A DNA stretch of 64,000 bases, taken from a virus. Of this stretch, positions 39,010-47,800 are shown in pieces (positions within the stretch are counted from its first letter, which is position 1; each line of letters starts with the position of its first letter). The notes under the pieces are model-generated. The model was not told where the DNA came from, made no database searches, and worked only from the letters and a program-made list of their open reading frames with translations. The DNA lies in the IMG/VR virus record IMGVR_UViG_3300020162_002681, positions 32,001 to 96,000 of that record; one strand, given 5' to 3'. Made by a program: the position numbers and the translations under genes.

Positions 39010-39756
39010 ATGCCTGATTTCACTTTTCCAGTAGTCGAGGGACATACTTTTCTTGCGCCGAGGAATTTTGTAGGAAAACCATTCTCTACGCTATTTATTG
39101 CTGATGATAATGATGCCCACTATCGCTTGAATGGCACGTATGACAAGCACTTTGGGTTGTATATATTAACAAACATTATAGGTGCAAAAACCGACTACAG
39201 ACCCAGCATCAACCTAATTAATGCAACTGGCACTGAAACAAAGCTAAAAGGTGCAGCAACCCCGACAATATTCAAAGAAAAGATAAACAGGCGTGAATAC
39301 GGCAAAAAAAATGATGTACACCCCACTCTCGGCAATCGAAATCTCGCCTTCAATAAAATTTACTACAGAGAATTTCTAATCCCCAAATTTGACCCACGCT
39401 ATTCTCTGGTTGTAGATAGCAAATTCATCACCAACACAATTCAAAAGCCAGCCGACCAGTTTACTGACCTTGGAGCAAGTCCTAGCAGCGTCTTTGAGCC
39501 ATTTGCAAGAGGTAGCTTAGTAAAGTATTCCAATCAGTACTGGAGATGCCTACAACCCACAAAAGCCTACCCTAGCAGTGAAAATACAGATTGGCAGCAA
39601 CTGCCGCAGCAACAATCGGTGTTTACGGCTGATATTTACTCGATTTTTGGCAGTAACGTGCAATTTTTACAAACTTACAGTGAAGACCGAAATTTTCGAC
39701 CAGAGCAGCAAGATACCTCTCTGGTTGCATATAATGTTTCATGTTTTTATGGTTAG
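39010..39756 (+). CDS. virion protein with CBM5/12-like module
   Basis: FARGSLVKYSNQYWRCLQ...P...DWQ. Confidence 0.6.
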   Translation: MPDFTFPVVEGHTFLAPRNFVGKPFSTLFIADDNDAHYRLNGTYDKHFGLYILTNIIGAKTDYRPSINLINATGTETKLKGAATPTIFKEKINRREYGKKNDVHPTLGNRNLAFNKIYYREFLIPKFDPRYSLVVDSKFITNTIQKPADQFTDLGASPSSVFEPFARGSLVKYSNQYWRCLQPTKAYPSSENTDWQQLPQQQSVFTADIYSIFGSNVQFLQTYSEDRNFRPEQQDTSLVAYNVSCFYG

Positions 39757-39932
39757 ATAGTAATTATGAATATCTTATTTATACTATTAGCTGGTATCTC
39801 TCTAGCTACAACGCTTCTCGCTCTTTACACTTTACTTCTATGATTATATTTCTTTTGGTTTTAGTGGTGCTTGGGATAGTTCGTATGATTTTTTACAAAG
39901 AAATTTTAGATTTAATCGAGAAAAATAAATGA
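39741..39932 (+). CDS. small membrane protein
   Basis: IIFLLVLVVLGIVRMIF. Confidence 0.5.
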   Translation: MFLWLDSNYEYLIYTISWYLSSYNASRSLHFTSMIIFLLVLVVLGIVRMIFYKEILDLIEKNK

Positions 39933-40025
39933 TTACTTGGATTTTGGCGATTCTGCTTGTATTAGTTACAAGTTTTGCAGTTTGGCTTGTTTGGCAACTT
40001 ATGAAATTTGTTCCTCGGAGATAAT

Positions 40026-40439
40026 ATGTCTAAATGCTCAACACTACGATTTAAAATTTATTCGCGAGACTACGACAAACTCCGAAAGCACACCGACAAC
40101 CTTAATACAAATCCTGCTACACAAGCTCGTTTGTGGGTACAGCAGCAAATTAATAGATTGCCCGATGAAGTTGAAGAACGTGACCCAGACTTTAAACTGG
40201 AGCATCTTGAGTCTGCTCTACAACACTGGGGATTTATTAAAATAGATGCTAATCAATGTGCTCCTGAATACTGGTTTTCTAAGGTACTTGATAGGCAATT
40301 AACTGTTGTAGAGCTTAATGATGGAGTTTGGCTTTCTTATACTCAAGGAAGAGACTTAATACCTAATTACCACGCTTTTCCACATATTTTGCGACGTAGA
40401 GTGAGTTTATTGATGTCAACTCACACTATTAGACCATAA
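40026..40439 (+). CDS. hypothetical protein, RHH-like N-terminus
   Basis: GGAG SD; TLRFKIYSRDYDKLRKH...ARLWVQQQI. Confidence 0.6.
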   Translation: MSKCSTLRFKIYSRDYDKLRKHTDNLNTNPATQARLWVQQQINRLPDEVEERDPDFKLEHLESALQHWGFIKIDANQCAPEYWFSKVLDRQLTVVELNDGVWLSYTQGRDLIPNYHAFPHILRRRVSLLMSTHTIRP

Positions 40440-40474
40440 TATGAGTCTTAAGACAGATATATACGCATATAGTA

Positions 40475-40487
40475 TGTGTTATATTAA
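40475..40487 (+). promoter_or_regulatory. extended -10 promoter of tRNA operon
   Basis: TG-T-TATATT about 6 nt before the first tRNA. Confidence 0.6.
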
Positions 40488-40490
40488 CAA

Positions 40491-40571
40491 ATGAGGTACA
40501 TTAGCGACAGTCAGGCTTAAGTGGTTCATACCCACTCACAACAGTCAGTGCAATTCTGACACCTCACCCCA
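40491..40571 (+). tRNA. tRNA-Met(CAT)-like, atypical
   Basis: TGAGGT/ACCTCA acceptor, AGTGG-TTCATAC-CCACT anticodon arm, GTCAG/CTGAC T-stem, encoded CCA. Confidence 0.7.
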
Positions 40572-40575
40572 ATTT

Positions 40576-40658
40576 GGAAGGTTGAACATAGGCACGTTAA
40601 GCTCTTTGCTAAAGAGTCGAGGGTAATACCTCTGTAGATTCGACTTCTACACCTTCCG
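40576..40658 (+). tRNA. tRNA-Ser(GCT)
   Basis: GGAAGGT/ACCTTCC acceptor, TTGCTAA loop, long variable arm, TTCGA. Confidence 0.85.
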
Positions 40659-40661
40659 TTT

Positions 40662-40742
40662 GGAAGAATGCGCTCATGGGGGCAAACGGTCTTGAAAACC
40701 GCGCTAGGGTCACACCTAACAGTTCGATTCTGTATTTTTCCT
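40662..40742 (+). tRNA. tRNA-Ser(TGA)
   Basis: CGGT-CTTGAAA-ACCG, long variable arm, TTCGATT. Confidence 0.85.
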
Positions 40743-40772
40743 TTGGCAATCGATTGCCAAAAACAAAACACC

Positions 40773-40992
40773 CTTCCGAGTGTCTCGGATTGCTTAGTGA
40801 AAGTGGCAGCTTCAACGCTGCGTCTAGCCGCATAAAGGCTAGGCTACCACAGGTGGAGACGGAAGCTAATATTGGTGTTCATAACAATAAGAGTTGCATT
40901 ACGTGAGTATGCAAAGTTGGGGCTGGTAATACTACAGGCTGTCAGAAGGTTCCAAGAACGGTTGCAAAACAGTTGAGAGCTGACCTCTTATT
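40773..40992 (+). ncRNA. candidate structured ncRNA in tRNA cluster
   Basis: two multibranch domains closed by CTTCCG/CGGAAG and AATAAGAG/CTCTTATT; GNRA loops. Confidence 0.6.
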
Positions 40993-40998
40993 TAACTT

Positions 40999-41072
40999 GC
41001 GGAACTAGCTCAATTTGGTAGAGCAAGCCCCTTCCAAGGGAAAGGTTAAGAGTTCAAGTCTCTTGTTTCGCT
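40999..41072 (+). tRNA. tRNA-Gly(TCC)
   Basis: GCGGAAC/GTTTCGC, AGCTCAATTTGGTAGAGC D-arm, CTTCCAA loop, TTCAAGT. Confidence 0.9.
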
Positions 41073-41773
41073 TTTTTAGTAATTCCATATTCCTTGCATC
41101 TATTTCTTATAGTTATATCGCTTACGCCATATATTTTAGAGATTTTTATCATAGAATATTTATTTACAAGGTCTTGTAAGGTATTTCTATCTATGTGAAA
41201 TTTTATAGTTTGATTTTTATATCTATTAGAACATTTTACACATCTCTTAGACTGCCTTAATATATCTAATCCACAATCAACGCATTTTAAATTGGGCTTT
41301 ACTTTAATGTTTTTACCTGCATAATTATCTGTTTGGGAATGGCAATTTGGACAAAGTATTCTTAAATTATCGATTCTATTGTCGTTATTTATACCGTTTA
41401 TATGGTCAAGCTGTAAACTAAGCTTAGCTCCATTCCATTCCCCAAGATTATTGCAAATAGCGCAAGAATAGTTCAAAATACCTTCTTTTACTAGTCTAGC
41501 TTTTAGGTTGGAAGTGTTATTATACTTAGAATTTTCTACTAAGATTAAATCTAAATCTATTTTCGATTTAGGTTGGGATTTTATATATTTCGCCCTATTT
41601 ACATCCAAATTATTCAAACATAAACCATTTTCACCTATGAGTTTTTTAAGGCACTCATAATTTGTGCTGTGTACAGGAACACCGACGTTTGTTAAAACTT
41701 GTTTGAGTGTATCCGACTCATTCAATAGTTTTTGTAGGTCGATAGTACTTAAACTTTTTAATTTTTTACTCAT
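41054..41773 (-). CDS. HNH homing endonuclease with C-terminal zinc finger / HTH
   Basis: CAIC...LQLDHINGINNDNRIDNLRILCPNCHSQT; CxxC pairs. Confidence 0.92.
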   Translation of the reverse strand: MSKKLKSLSTIDLQKLLNESDTLKQVLTNVGVPVHSTNYECLKKLIGENGLCLNNLDVNRAKYIKSQPKSKIDLDLILVENSKYNNTSNLKARLVKEGILNYSCAICNNLGEWNGAKLSLQLDHINGINNDNRIDNLRILCPNCHSQTDNYAGKNIKVKPNLKCVDCGLDILRQSKRCVKCSNRYKNQTIKFHIDRNTLQDLVNKYSMIKISKIYGVSDITIRNRCKEYGITKKAKQET

Positions 41774-41852
41774 AATCCCAATTATACACTACCTTAAAAC
41801 AGGTATTCCCTAAAACCAAGAGATGAGATATCGTAATTCTCTAACCGCTTAA

Positions 41853-41923
41853 TCCTTTGTAGTGAAATGGCATCACACGACACTTTGATTGTCGCATTCT
41901 ACGTTCGACCCGTAGCAAAGGAA
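41853..41923 (+). tRNA. tRNA-Gln(TTG)
   Basis: TCCTTTG/CAAAGGA, CGACA-CTTTGAT-TGTCG, TTCGACC. Confidence 0.9.
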
Positions 41924-41933
41924 TTGGGATGCT

Positions 41934-42008
41934 GAGATAGAACCCAAACGGCTAGGGACATGACTGTGAATCATGGTTTAGTGAGTTCGACCCTCACCTA
42001 TCTCCCCA
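41934..42008 (+). tRNA. tRNA-His(GTG)
   Basis: GAGATAG/CTATCTC, CATGA-CTGTGAA-TCATG, C73 plus CCA. Confidence 0.9.
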
Positions 42009-42011
42009 AAT

Positions 42012-42083
42012 GGCTCTCTAGCATAATGGTATTGCACTTGCTTTGTAAGCAAAAGATTGTCAGTTTGATTCTGACGGGAGCCT
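42012..42083 (+). tRNA. tRNA-Thr(TGT)
   Basis: GGCTCTC/GGGAGCC, TTGC-TTTGTAA-GCAA, T-loop TTTGATT. Confidence 0.85.
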
Positions 42084-42124
42084 TTATTTTCACTGTATAA
42101 TGAGAAAAACAGGGGAAAATTCTC

Positions 42125-42382
42125 ATGCAATACGCCGCACTCTTAGTCATAGTAGCTCTAGTTGTCTTTATTATCACTCCAAACCTAAAGAAGAGTGACG
42201 ATTCTCCAGCACGTTTAGACCTATTTTTCCGAGAGGTTCAATATAAGCTTGGCTTGCCTAAAAGCGCTGGTCAAGGAGCTGGTACTCGATTCAAACCCGA
42301 AGGTCGTAAACCACCTGAAAAAACACAACCTCAAGGAAGTCGCATAAGCGAAACTGAACCAGAAGTAAAAGAAAAGGACTAG
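42125..42382 (+). CDS. small membrane-anchored or secreted protein
   Basis: N-terminal hydrophobic helix; GAGTR and QGSR motifs. Confidence 0.7.
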   Translation: MQYAALLVIVALVVFIITPNLKKSDDSPARLDLFFREVQYKLGLPKSAGQGAGTRFKPEGRKPPEKTQPQGSRISETEPEVKEKD

Positions 42383-44277
42383 CTGTAGAAGCCATTCGGA
42401 AAAATCGACGGTTCCTCACTCATTCTCAACTTCTGTTCTGGATTAGGTGAGCGCACAAGTATAGACTCGGTATCACTAGCTGCTATCGGTCTATACCCAA
42501 TATTAAAACTGCTGACGCTACCACCACCTAAAGCACCAAGAATTTGCGTATATATTGCTATGTACGCATTTTGTTTGGCGTTTGGATTTGTACTATCAGG
42601 AGAAGAAAAGCTTGGCGCTACACTAAAACTAGGCTCGTTAGGCGTAACAGTATTGTCGTAAAATCTATCACCAGACGACGAGCTTGACCCTATACGCTCT
42701 GGATTGACCTGATAGTAGTAGCAACCATCATGCGAGAACAGTGGAGGCATTGAGTAACGGAGCACAAAGCTGAACTCTCCTCGACGAATAGGAAAATAGC
42801 CAGTTTCAGGGAAAGGTGGTGCATCCCAAGTAGTTATCGCTTGATTTGGCAATGTTTTATACAAAGCTCCATAAGGCGCAGCTCCTTCAACAAATAGCAG
42901 TGATTTCCGCTCTAAATTTGTAGCTCGGTCAGTAAAATAGGTATATTGATTTTTGGTCAAGGGGTACACATCAAGAATTTCACCATACGCCCACCAATAC
43001 TTATATTGCCACTCGTAACTAACTCCACGTTTGCCTACAGCGCTTTTAATCTCATAGGGATGGTTTATTTTTCCTTCTGCCGTACCCATATCAAGTCGCA
43101 ACATATTCACACCTTCTTTAGAGGAAGCAAGTATACCCCAAGGGTTAGGGCGAATTACATTTGATTGCTGTGTGTACTTTTGCAAACTGAATCTAGCTTG
43201 GTCAGTTCCGTAGTCAGGGGATTGGCGCGGAGAAAACAAAGTATAGTTAGTATTCCCAACATAAGTTGCAGTTGAATTACAGAACTCAGTAATATTCTTT
43301 TCTGTCAGCGTAGCCGATTGTGAAGGACGAAGTACTAATTCCAAATTGTAGTTAGAAGCTCTGTTGTGAACAATTACGCCTGTGGCTTCTAGAGCCTTAG
43401 CATCATCTGAAACTGAGTAGCTACGTTCGCGATATCTGAGCACTGACTGACCACGACACCACGTAAAAGCATATGTAGGAGTGACACTGTAAGAAGTTAC
43501 CGTAAAATTAACTCCACTAACTGTTGAAATCTTTTTGTAGCGTGTATCAGTAGCTGGAGCCACACCTTCAAGGGGAATCCTATCTTCGGGGTCGATTACC
43601 ATACATGACCATATACCTCCACCAAGATAATTCAGATTATCTAGGGAGAAATTCGATTTGAAGCACTTCGGTAATCCAGTTGCATCTAAGTCAAGCTGAT
43701 ATACCTGCCTTTCGGCTATGTTGATGTTGTTATTAGTTGGAGAGATGTCTGAATTATCGATACTAACTAATTTCCAATCGATTTCCTTTAAACCATCTTG
43801 TTTGTCCTTGACTGACTTGACATAAGCCAAATGTACACTCCAGCCTCCTCGATTAGCAGAGTTTGCACTGACGAACGCTTTTATCTGGGTCTGGTAGCTT
43901 GAAGAGAAGAACGTGTAGATTGGCTCGTTAGTCCCTCTTAAATCTTCATCAATGTAAACCGAGAAGTAATTAATAGTATTCTCGCTAGTTTCAGGAAACT
44001 TGACAGGAGCAGGAATAGGGAATTTTGCGAGTACAGCACTTTTTTCGAGGTTTGCTTGTGAAACTCTTAGTCTAGAGATAATTGTGTCTATGGGAAGCCC
44101 AGTAAGTCTACGAACCGTGACCAATTTGAATAACGATTCCGAATTAATTTTTTGCTTATTTTTTTTCTGTACCTTAGTATCAACAGTAGACTGGTTAGAT
44201 ACTAAAATCCATTCATTCGTCTGATTTTCACGTAAATAAATTTTCCCATTATTTTCACGTTTGATAAATCTGCCCAT
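42379..44277 (-). CDS. hypothetical protein (probable virion protein)
   Basis: 632 aa ORF in late-strand block. Confidence 0.7.
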   Translation of the reverse strand: MGRFIKRENNGKIYLRENQTNEWILVSNQSTVDTKVQKKNKQKINSESLFKLVTVRRLTGLPIDTIISRLRVSQANLEKSAVLAKFPIPAPVKFPETSENTINYFSVYIDEDLRGTNEPIYTFFSSSYQTQIKAFVSANSANRGGWSVHLAYVKSVKDKQDGLKEIDWKLVSIDNSDISPTNNNINIAERQVYQLDLDATGLPKCFKSNFSLDNLNYLGGGIWSCMVIDPEDRIPLEGVAPATDTRYKKISTVSGVNFTVTSYSVTPTYAFTWCRGQSVLRYRERSYSVSDDAKALEATGVIVHNRASNYNLELVLRPSQSATLTEKNITEFCNSTATYVGNTNYTLFSPRQSPDYGTDQARFSLQKYTQQSNVIRPNPWGILASSKEGVNMLRLDMGTAEGKINHPYEIKSAVGKRGVSYEWQYKYWWAYGEILDVYPLTKNQYTYFTDRATNLERKSLLFVEGAAPYGALYKTLPNQAITTWDAPPFPETGYFPIRRGEFSFVLRYSMPPLFSHDGCYYYQVNPERIGSSSSSGDRFYDNTVTPNEPSFSVAPSFSSPDSTNPNAKQNAYIAIYTQILGALGGGSVSSFNIGYRPIAASDTESILVRSPNPEQKLRMSEEPSIFPNGFYS

Positions 44278-44281
44278 AATC

Positions 44282-44374
44282 TTAGTTCACAACTGTCGGT
44301 AAACTGTCAATCCAGCACTCTATCACTGATGTCATGTCTTTATCTTGTGACTCGGCATATTTCGCTAACTTTTC
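44282..44374 (-). pseudogene. 5'-truncated copy of the RHH gene
   Basis: EKLAKYAESQDKDMTSVIECWIDSLP identical to 38914-38991; 70/78 nt identical. Confidence 0.85.
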
Positions 44375-44376
44375 TA

Positions 44377-44766
44377 CTAGAAATTTACAAAGTGCTGAAA
44401 ATTGCCACTGAAACCGCCGTATTGCCCTTGGAGAGCCGCCTGTTGACTACGCCAAGCACTCGCAGGAATTTTTTTACGTGCTACACCTGCTGCATCAATG
44501 AAGCTATTTTCACCTAATGGTCTTTGAGGGTTTCTAGGTGCTTGTTGCTTTGCCATGCCTCTACCCACGCTGGCGCTAGCAATTGCTTCCTGTCTGTTCA
44601 GGCTAGGAGGGGAGTTCTGCACCACTGCTGACCTCTGATTTCTCGTCAACGCTAGAGGTGAGGAATTAATAGGAGTCTCACCCCAAGTTGGAACTTCAGG
44701 TGCTTTTGGTTTGAAACTTTGACGAAGCTGATTTGCTTTTTGCCCGATAGTGGAGGTAGGTAGCAT
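44377..44766 (-). CDS. low-complexity basic protein, putative internal head protein
   Basis: P/Q/R-rich; ends FSGNFQHFVNF. Confidence 0.6.
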   Translation of the reverse strand: MLPTSTIGQKANQLRQSFKPKAPEVPTWGETPINSSPLALTRNQRSAVVQNSPPSLNRQEAIASASVGRGMAKQQAPRNPQRPLGENSFIDAAGVARKKIPASAWRSQQAALQGQYGGFSGNFQHFVNF

Positions 44767-44813
44767 AGTTTTTAGGTAGAAATCTTTATACTTTAGTTTA
44801 ACATCGTTAGTTA

Positions 44814-47800
44814 CTAATCTTTTGGCAGTGGCAAGCTTGGAGGTACAAAGTCAGTAGTATATCTGGCTTGACCTAATGTTGCACGAAAAGATTGAATGTA
44901 CCCTTGGAAATTTGTTAGGGCGTAGCCGATATTTAAACTTGCATCCCAACCCATATCACTATTCTTGAGCTTATCAACCAAAGACCCGTCAATAAAAAGT
45001 TTAGTGGACTTTGCAGAAGAATTATTAGTCAGAGCAACGTGATACCACTGTTTTGCTTCAAGGTCTTCAGCAACCATTGGACTTGTATAGTTTGGTTGTG
45101 ATTTGTAACATCTGAGCGTATTCTCATCGTTGAACGCAAAGATTTTAGGCGAGGATGAGCCTGACGAAAGGATTCCTTGCAAAATACTGTTAGAACTATA
45201 TGAACCTGATGAAGAGCCGCTATCGACCACTACAGGCTCTGGCGTATATTCAACCGCATCAGTCACATCTCCAATCGAAATGTTGTTACTACGAGTGAAT
45301 ACTCCTGAAATCGCTTGTATGCTTGTGTCGAACGTGCTTGACAACGATGAATATACGCGATACCCGACAGCTCCAATTTTTTTCTGCCATTCCGCAACAA
45401 ATCCTTTTTCTGCCTTAACTCTATTTGGAACTACTTCAGGAGACTCAATCGCTGAATTGCTAGTGACTGAGACACTGTTGACATCTCCCACCAACATATT
45501 GTCAAATCCATCTAATTTTCTCGAAAAGTCGCTCGTATTTGAGATATCCACTAAATAATCGGTAGCACCATCTACATCACTCCAGCTAATATCAAACGAA
45601 GTAGGCGTAACCGACGATGCAGGGCTTGCGATGGGGGCAGAAAGAGAGAATGTAGTGAGTGAGGACAGATAGATATAAAACTCGATGCAATAGTCTTGGT
45701 TTGCACTCATGGGTTGATTCAGCGTCGCCACAATGCTCGAACCTTGACCGTTGAACCGCATAGACTTCAGTAGCCCTGTAGGATACTCATCTGCGACCAC
45801 ATCAACATTGTTAATTGCCAGCGCACACTCATATTGACTTTCATCAACGATACTACTCCCTTCGGGTTGCAAAAACAGTAAAACTTGCCCAAAATAAGAA
45901 TCTGGAAGATAATCTGGAACTACTGCGGTGCGCGTGAGAGTGTTGGAAGCTAAGTTAAGTGTGCCAATCGATGAAGCCACTGCACCTGCCTCGACCTGCA
46001 AGCTAAAATCACCACTTGTAAGAGCCTGTACCTCGAAATTATAGACATTGTTGTTACTAGCCTTAATAAGACCACCCACAATGCAATTATCGAGCGTCAG
46101 CGAGGCAAGATTGAAGGTTGAGGCATCTTTGTTGAGTGTTGCTGTTGCATATAGCTTATAACTGTTGTCGTTAGGCTGAGTAGTGGACAAAACGATAGTA
46201 AAATCGCTGTTCTCAATGAATACCGCAGTTCCGTTAGTTGTGGAGCTGAAATCCTTATTCGGAAGACTTGGTTCATCATGAATAGCGATATTGAAATACA
46301 CTTGCTGGTCAATCGTCTCATCTACCAGAAGCGTAGCGACGTAAGTATTGTATATCGTGTTAGTAACTGTAGCAGCTTGCCCTAGAATCGTCACTAGAGG
46401 CAATTGAGTAAGGTTGATGATGCTATTGAAGGTAAGTGATAGCGTATTGCCGTTAACAGCTTTATTTGATACATAGTTGTCCGATACCAGCGAAATGTAG
46501 TCTAGCAACTCACTGACATCAAGGATATTTGTAATCAAAGAATAAGGAATCAATGGAACGTCATGTTGGTATGCCGTGTAGAGTGCCTTTCCGACAGTTA
46601 GCCGTACATTTGACAGGAAGTATGCAGCTTGAGTAACACGATTCTCGTAATAACCGACCTTGAGAGCACCACTGGAGATGTTAATGTCAGTATTAGATTG
46701 AGCCAACCCAATACGCACTCCATTACGGTAAAAGCGGTAAATATTGCCTTTTTTAGTAATTGCAAAGTGAGGGAACTTCTGTTGTAGGGTGTAGGCTCCG
46801 TTTTCGTAAGCTGGGTAAATTGGTGTGGCTCCTGAGAATATATCGGACTCGCGTAAAACTACACTGGAGAACAGATTACTAGACTGGTCAATGCTCCGAA
46901 CTATCTGAATATTCCCATTGACCGCAAGTACTGCAAAGCCAGTATTTTCACGTTCGACAGAAAAAAGATGAGTTGTGTTCTGTGGGCTGAAAGTATTGCC
47001 GCGATAATGAAACTCAATAGTCCAATCACCATTCATTACCAAAGATGACCCTTGACCGATAGCTTCAAAGTTTTCATACGTTAATCCAGACTGCTCTAAT
47101 TGAGGCACTACGGCAAGGGAACTATTTGTGCCGATAGGGAAGACTGTAGAAGAGAAAAGCGTGTTGTTAGCGACGATTTCATCGAGCTGATAAGCATTTG
47201 GTGAAACATCGTTGAAAGTAGTTGAAAGGTCGAGAGGTAATTGCAAAATAGGGAAAGACTCGGCGTAGACCCTCGCAAGTAAATTACTCTTAGACGAACT
47301 GACATCACCATCAGTAATACCTGCACCTTCAATTGCCTGAACGTATACTACACCTTGTTTTTCGGGAGTAACATTGAATTGATAGCTCTGTTTTACTTCG
47401 TCGAGGAGAATAAAGTTGGAAAGAACTCCATTGCTTACACCAATTTTGGTGATATCGAACGTTTCAATAGATGCATCCCAAGTCAGGGTGCAAGTGAAAG
47501 TTTCGTTGATATAAGGGCTTGAGCCACTGGTTATGGTAGGTATTGGTGCGTTTTTGTTGATGACATAGAGCTGACCTTGGAAATTTAGCTCACCAGTAGA
47601 GTTCGAGATAAAAACGTTGATACCTTTGTACTTGACTGTTCTCCTATCGACAAAATTGAGTCCGAGCTTACCGTTCCCCGTTCCAGTAGTTGCAGTAACA
47701 ACATATTCCAACTCATTATTTTTGACAAGTGAAACCAGTGCTGCTCCACTGACCCCTTCTATTTGTGTAAGGCTAAAATCTGCTAATACAAGGCTATCAA

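Noticed and set aside
40805-40821. tRNA-Sec (TCA anticodon) in GCAGC-TTCAAC-GCTGC
   Set aside because: The loop is 6 nt, and there is no T-arm or acceptor stem in the right positions
40526-40906. ORFs over the tRNA cluster
   Set aside because: The region is explained by tRNAs and structured RNA
40919-40992. tmRNA beginning GGGGCTG
   Set aside because: Lacks the GGxTTCGAC 5' motif and a 3' T-arm/CCA end
42125-42382. True PatS/PatX homolog
   Set aside because: The required RG(S/T)GR pentapeptide is absent; kept only as a loose motif observation
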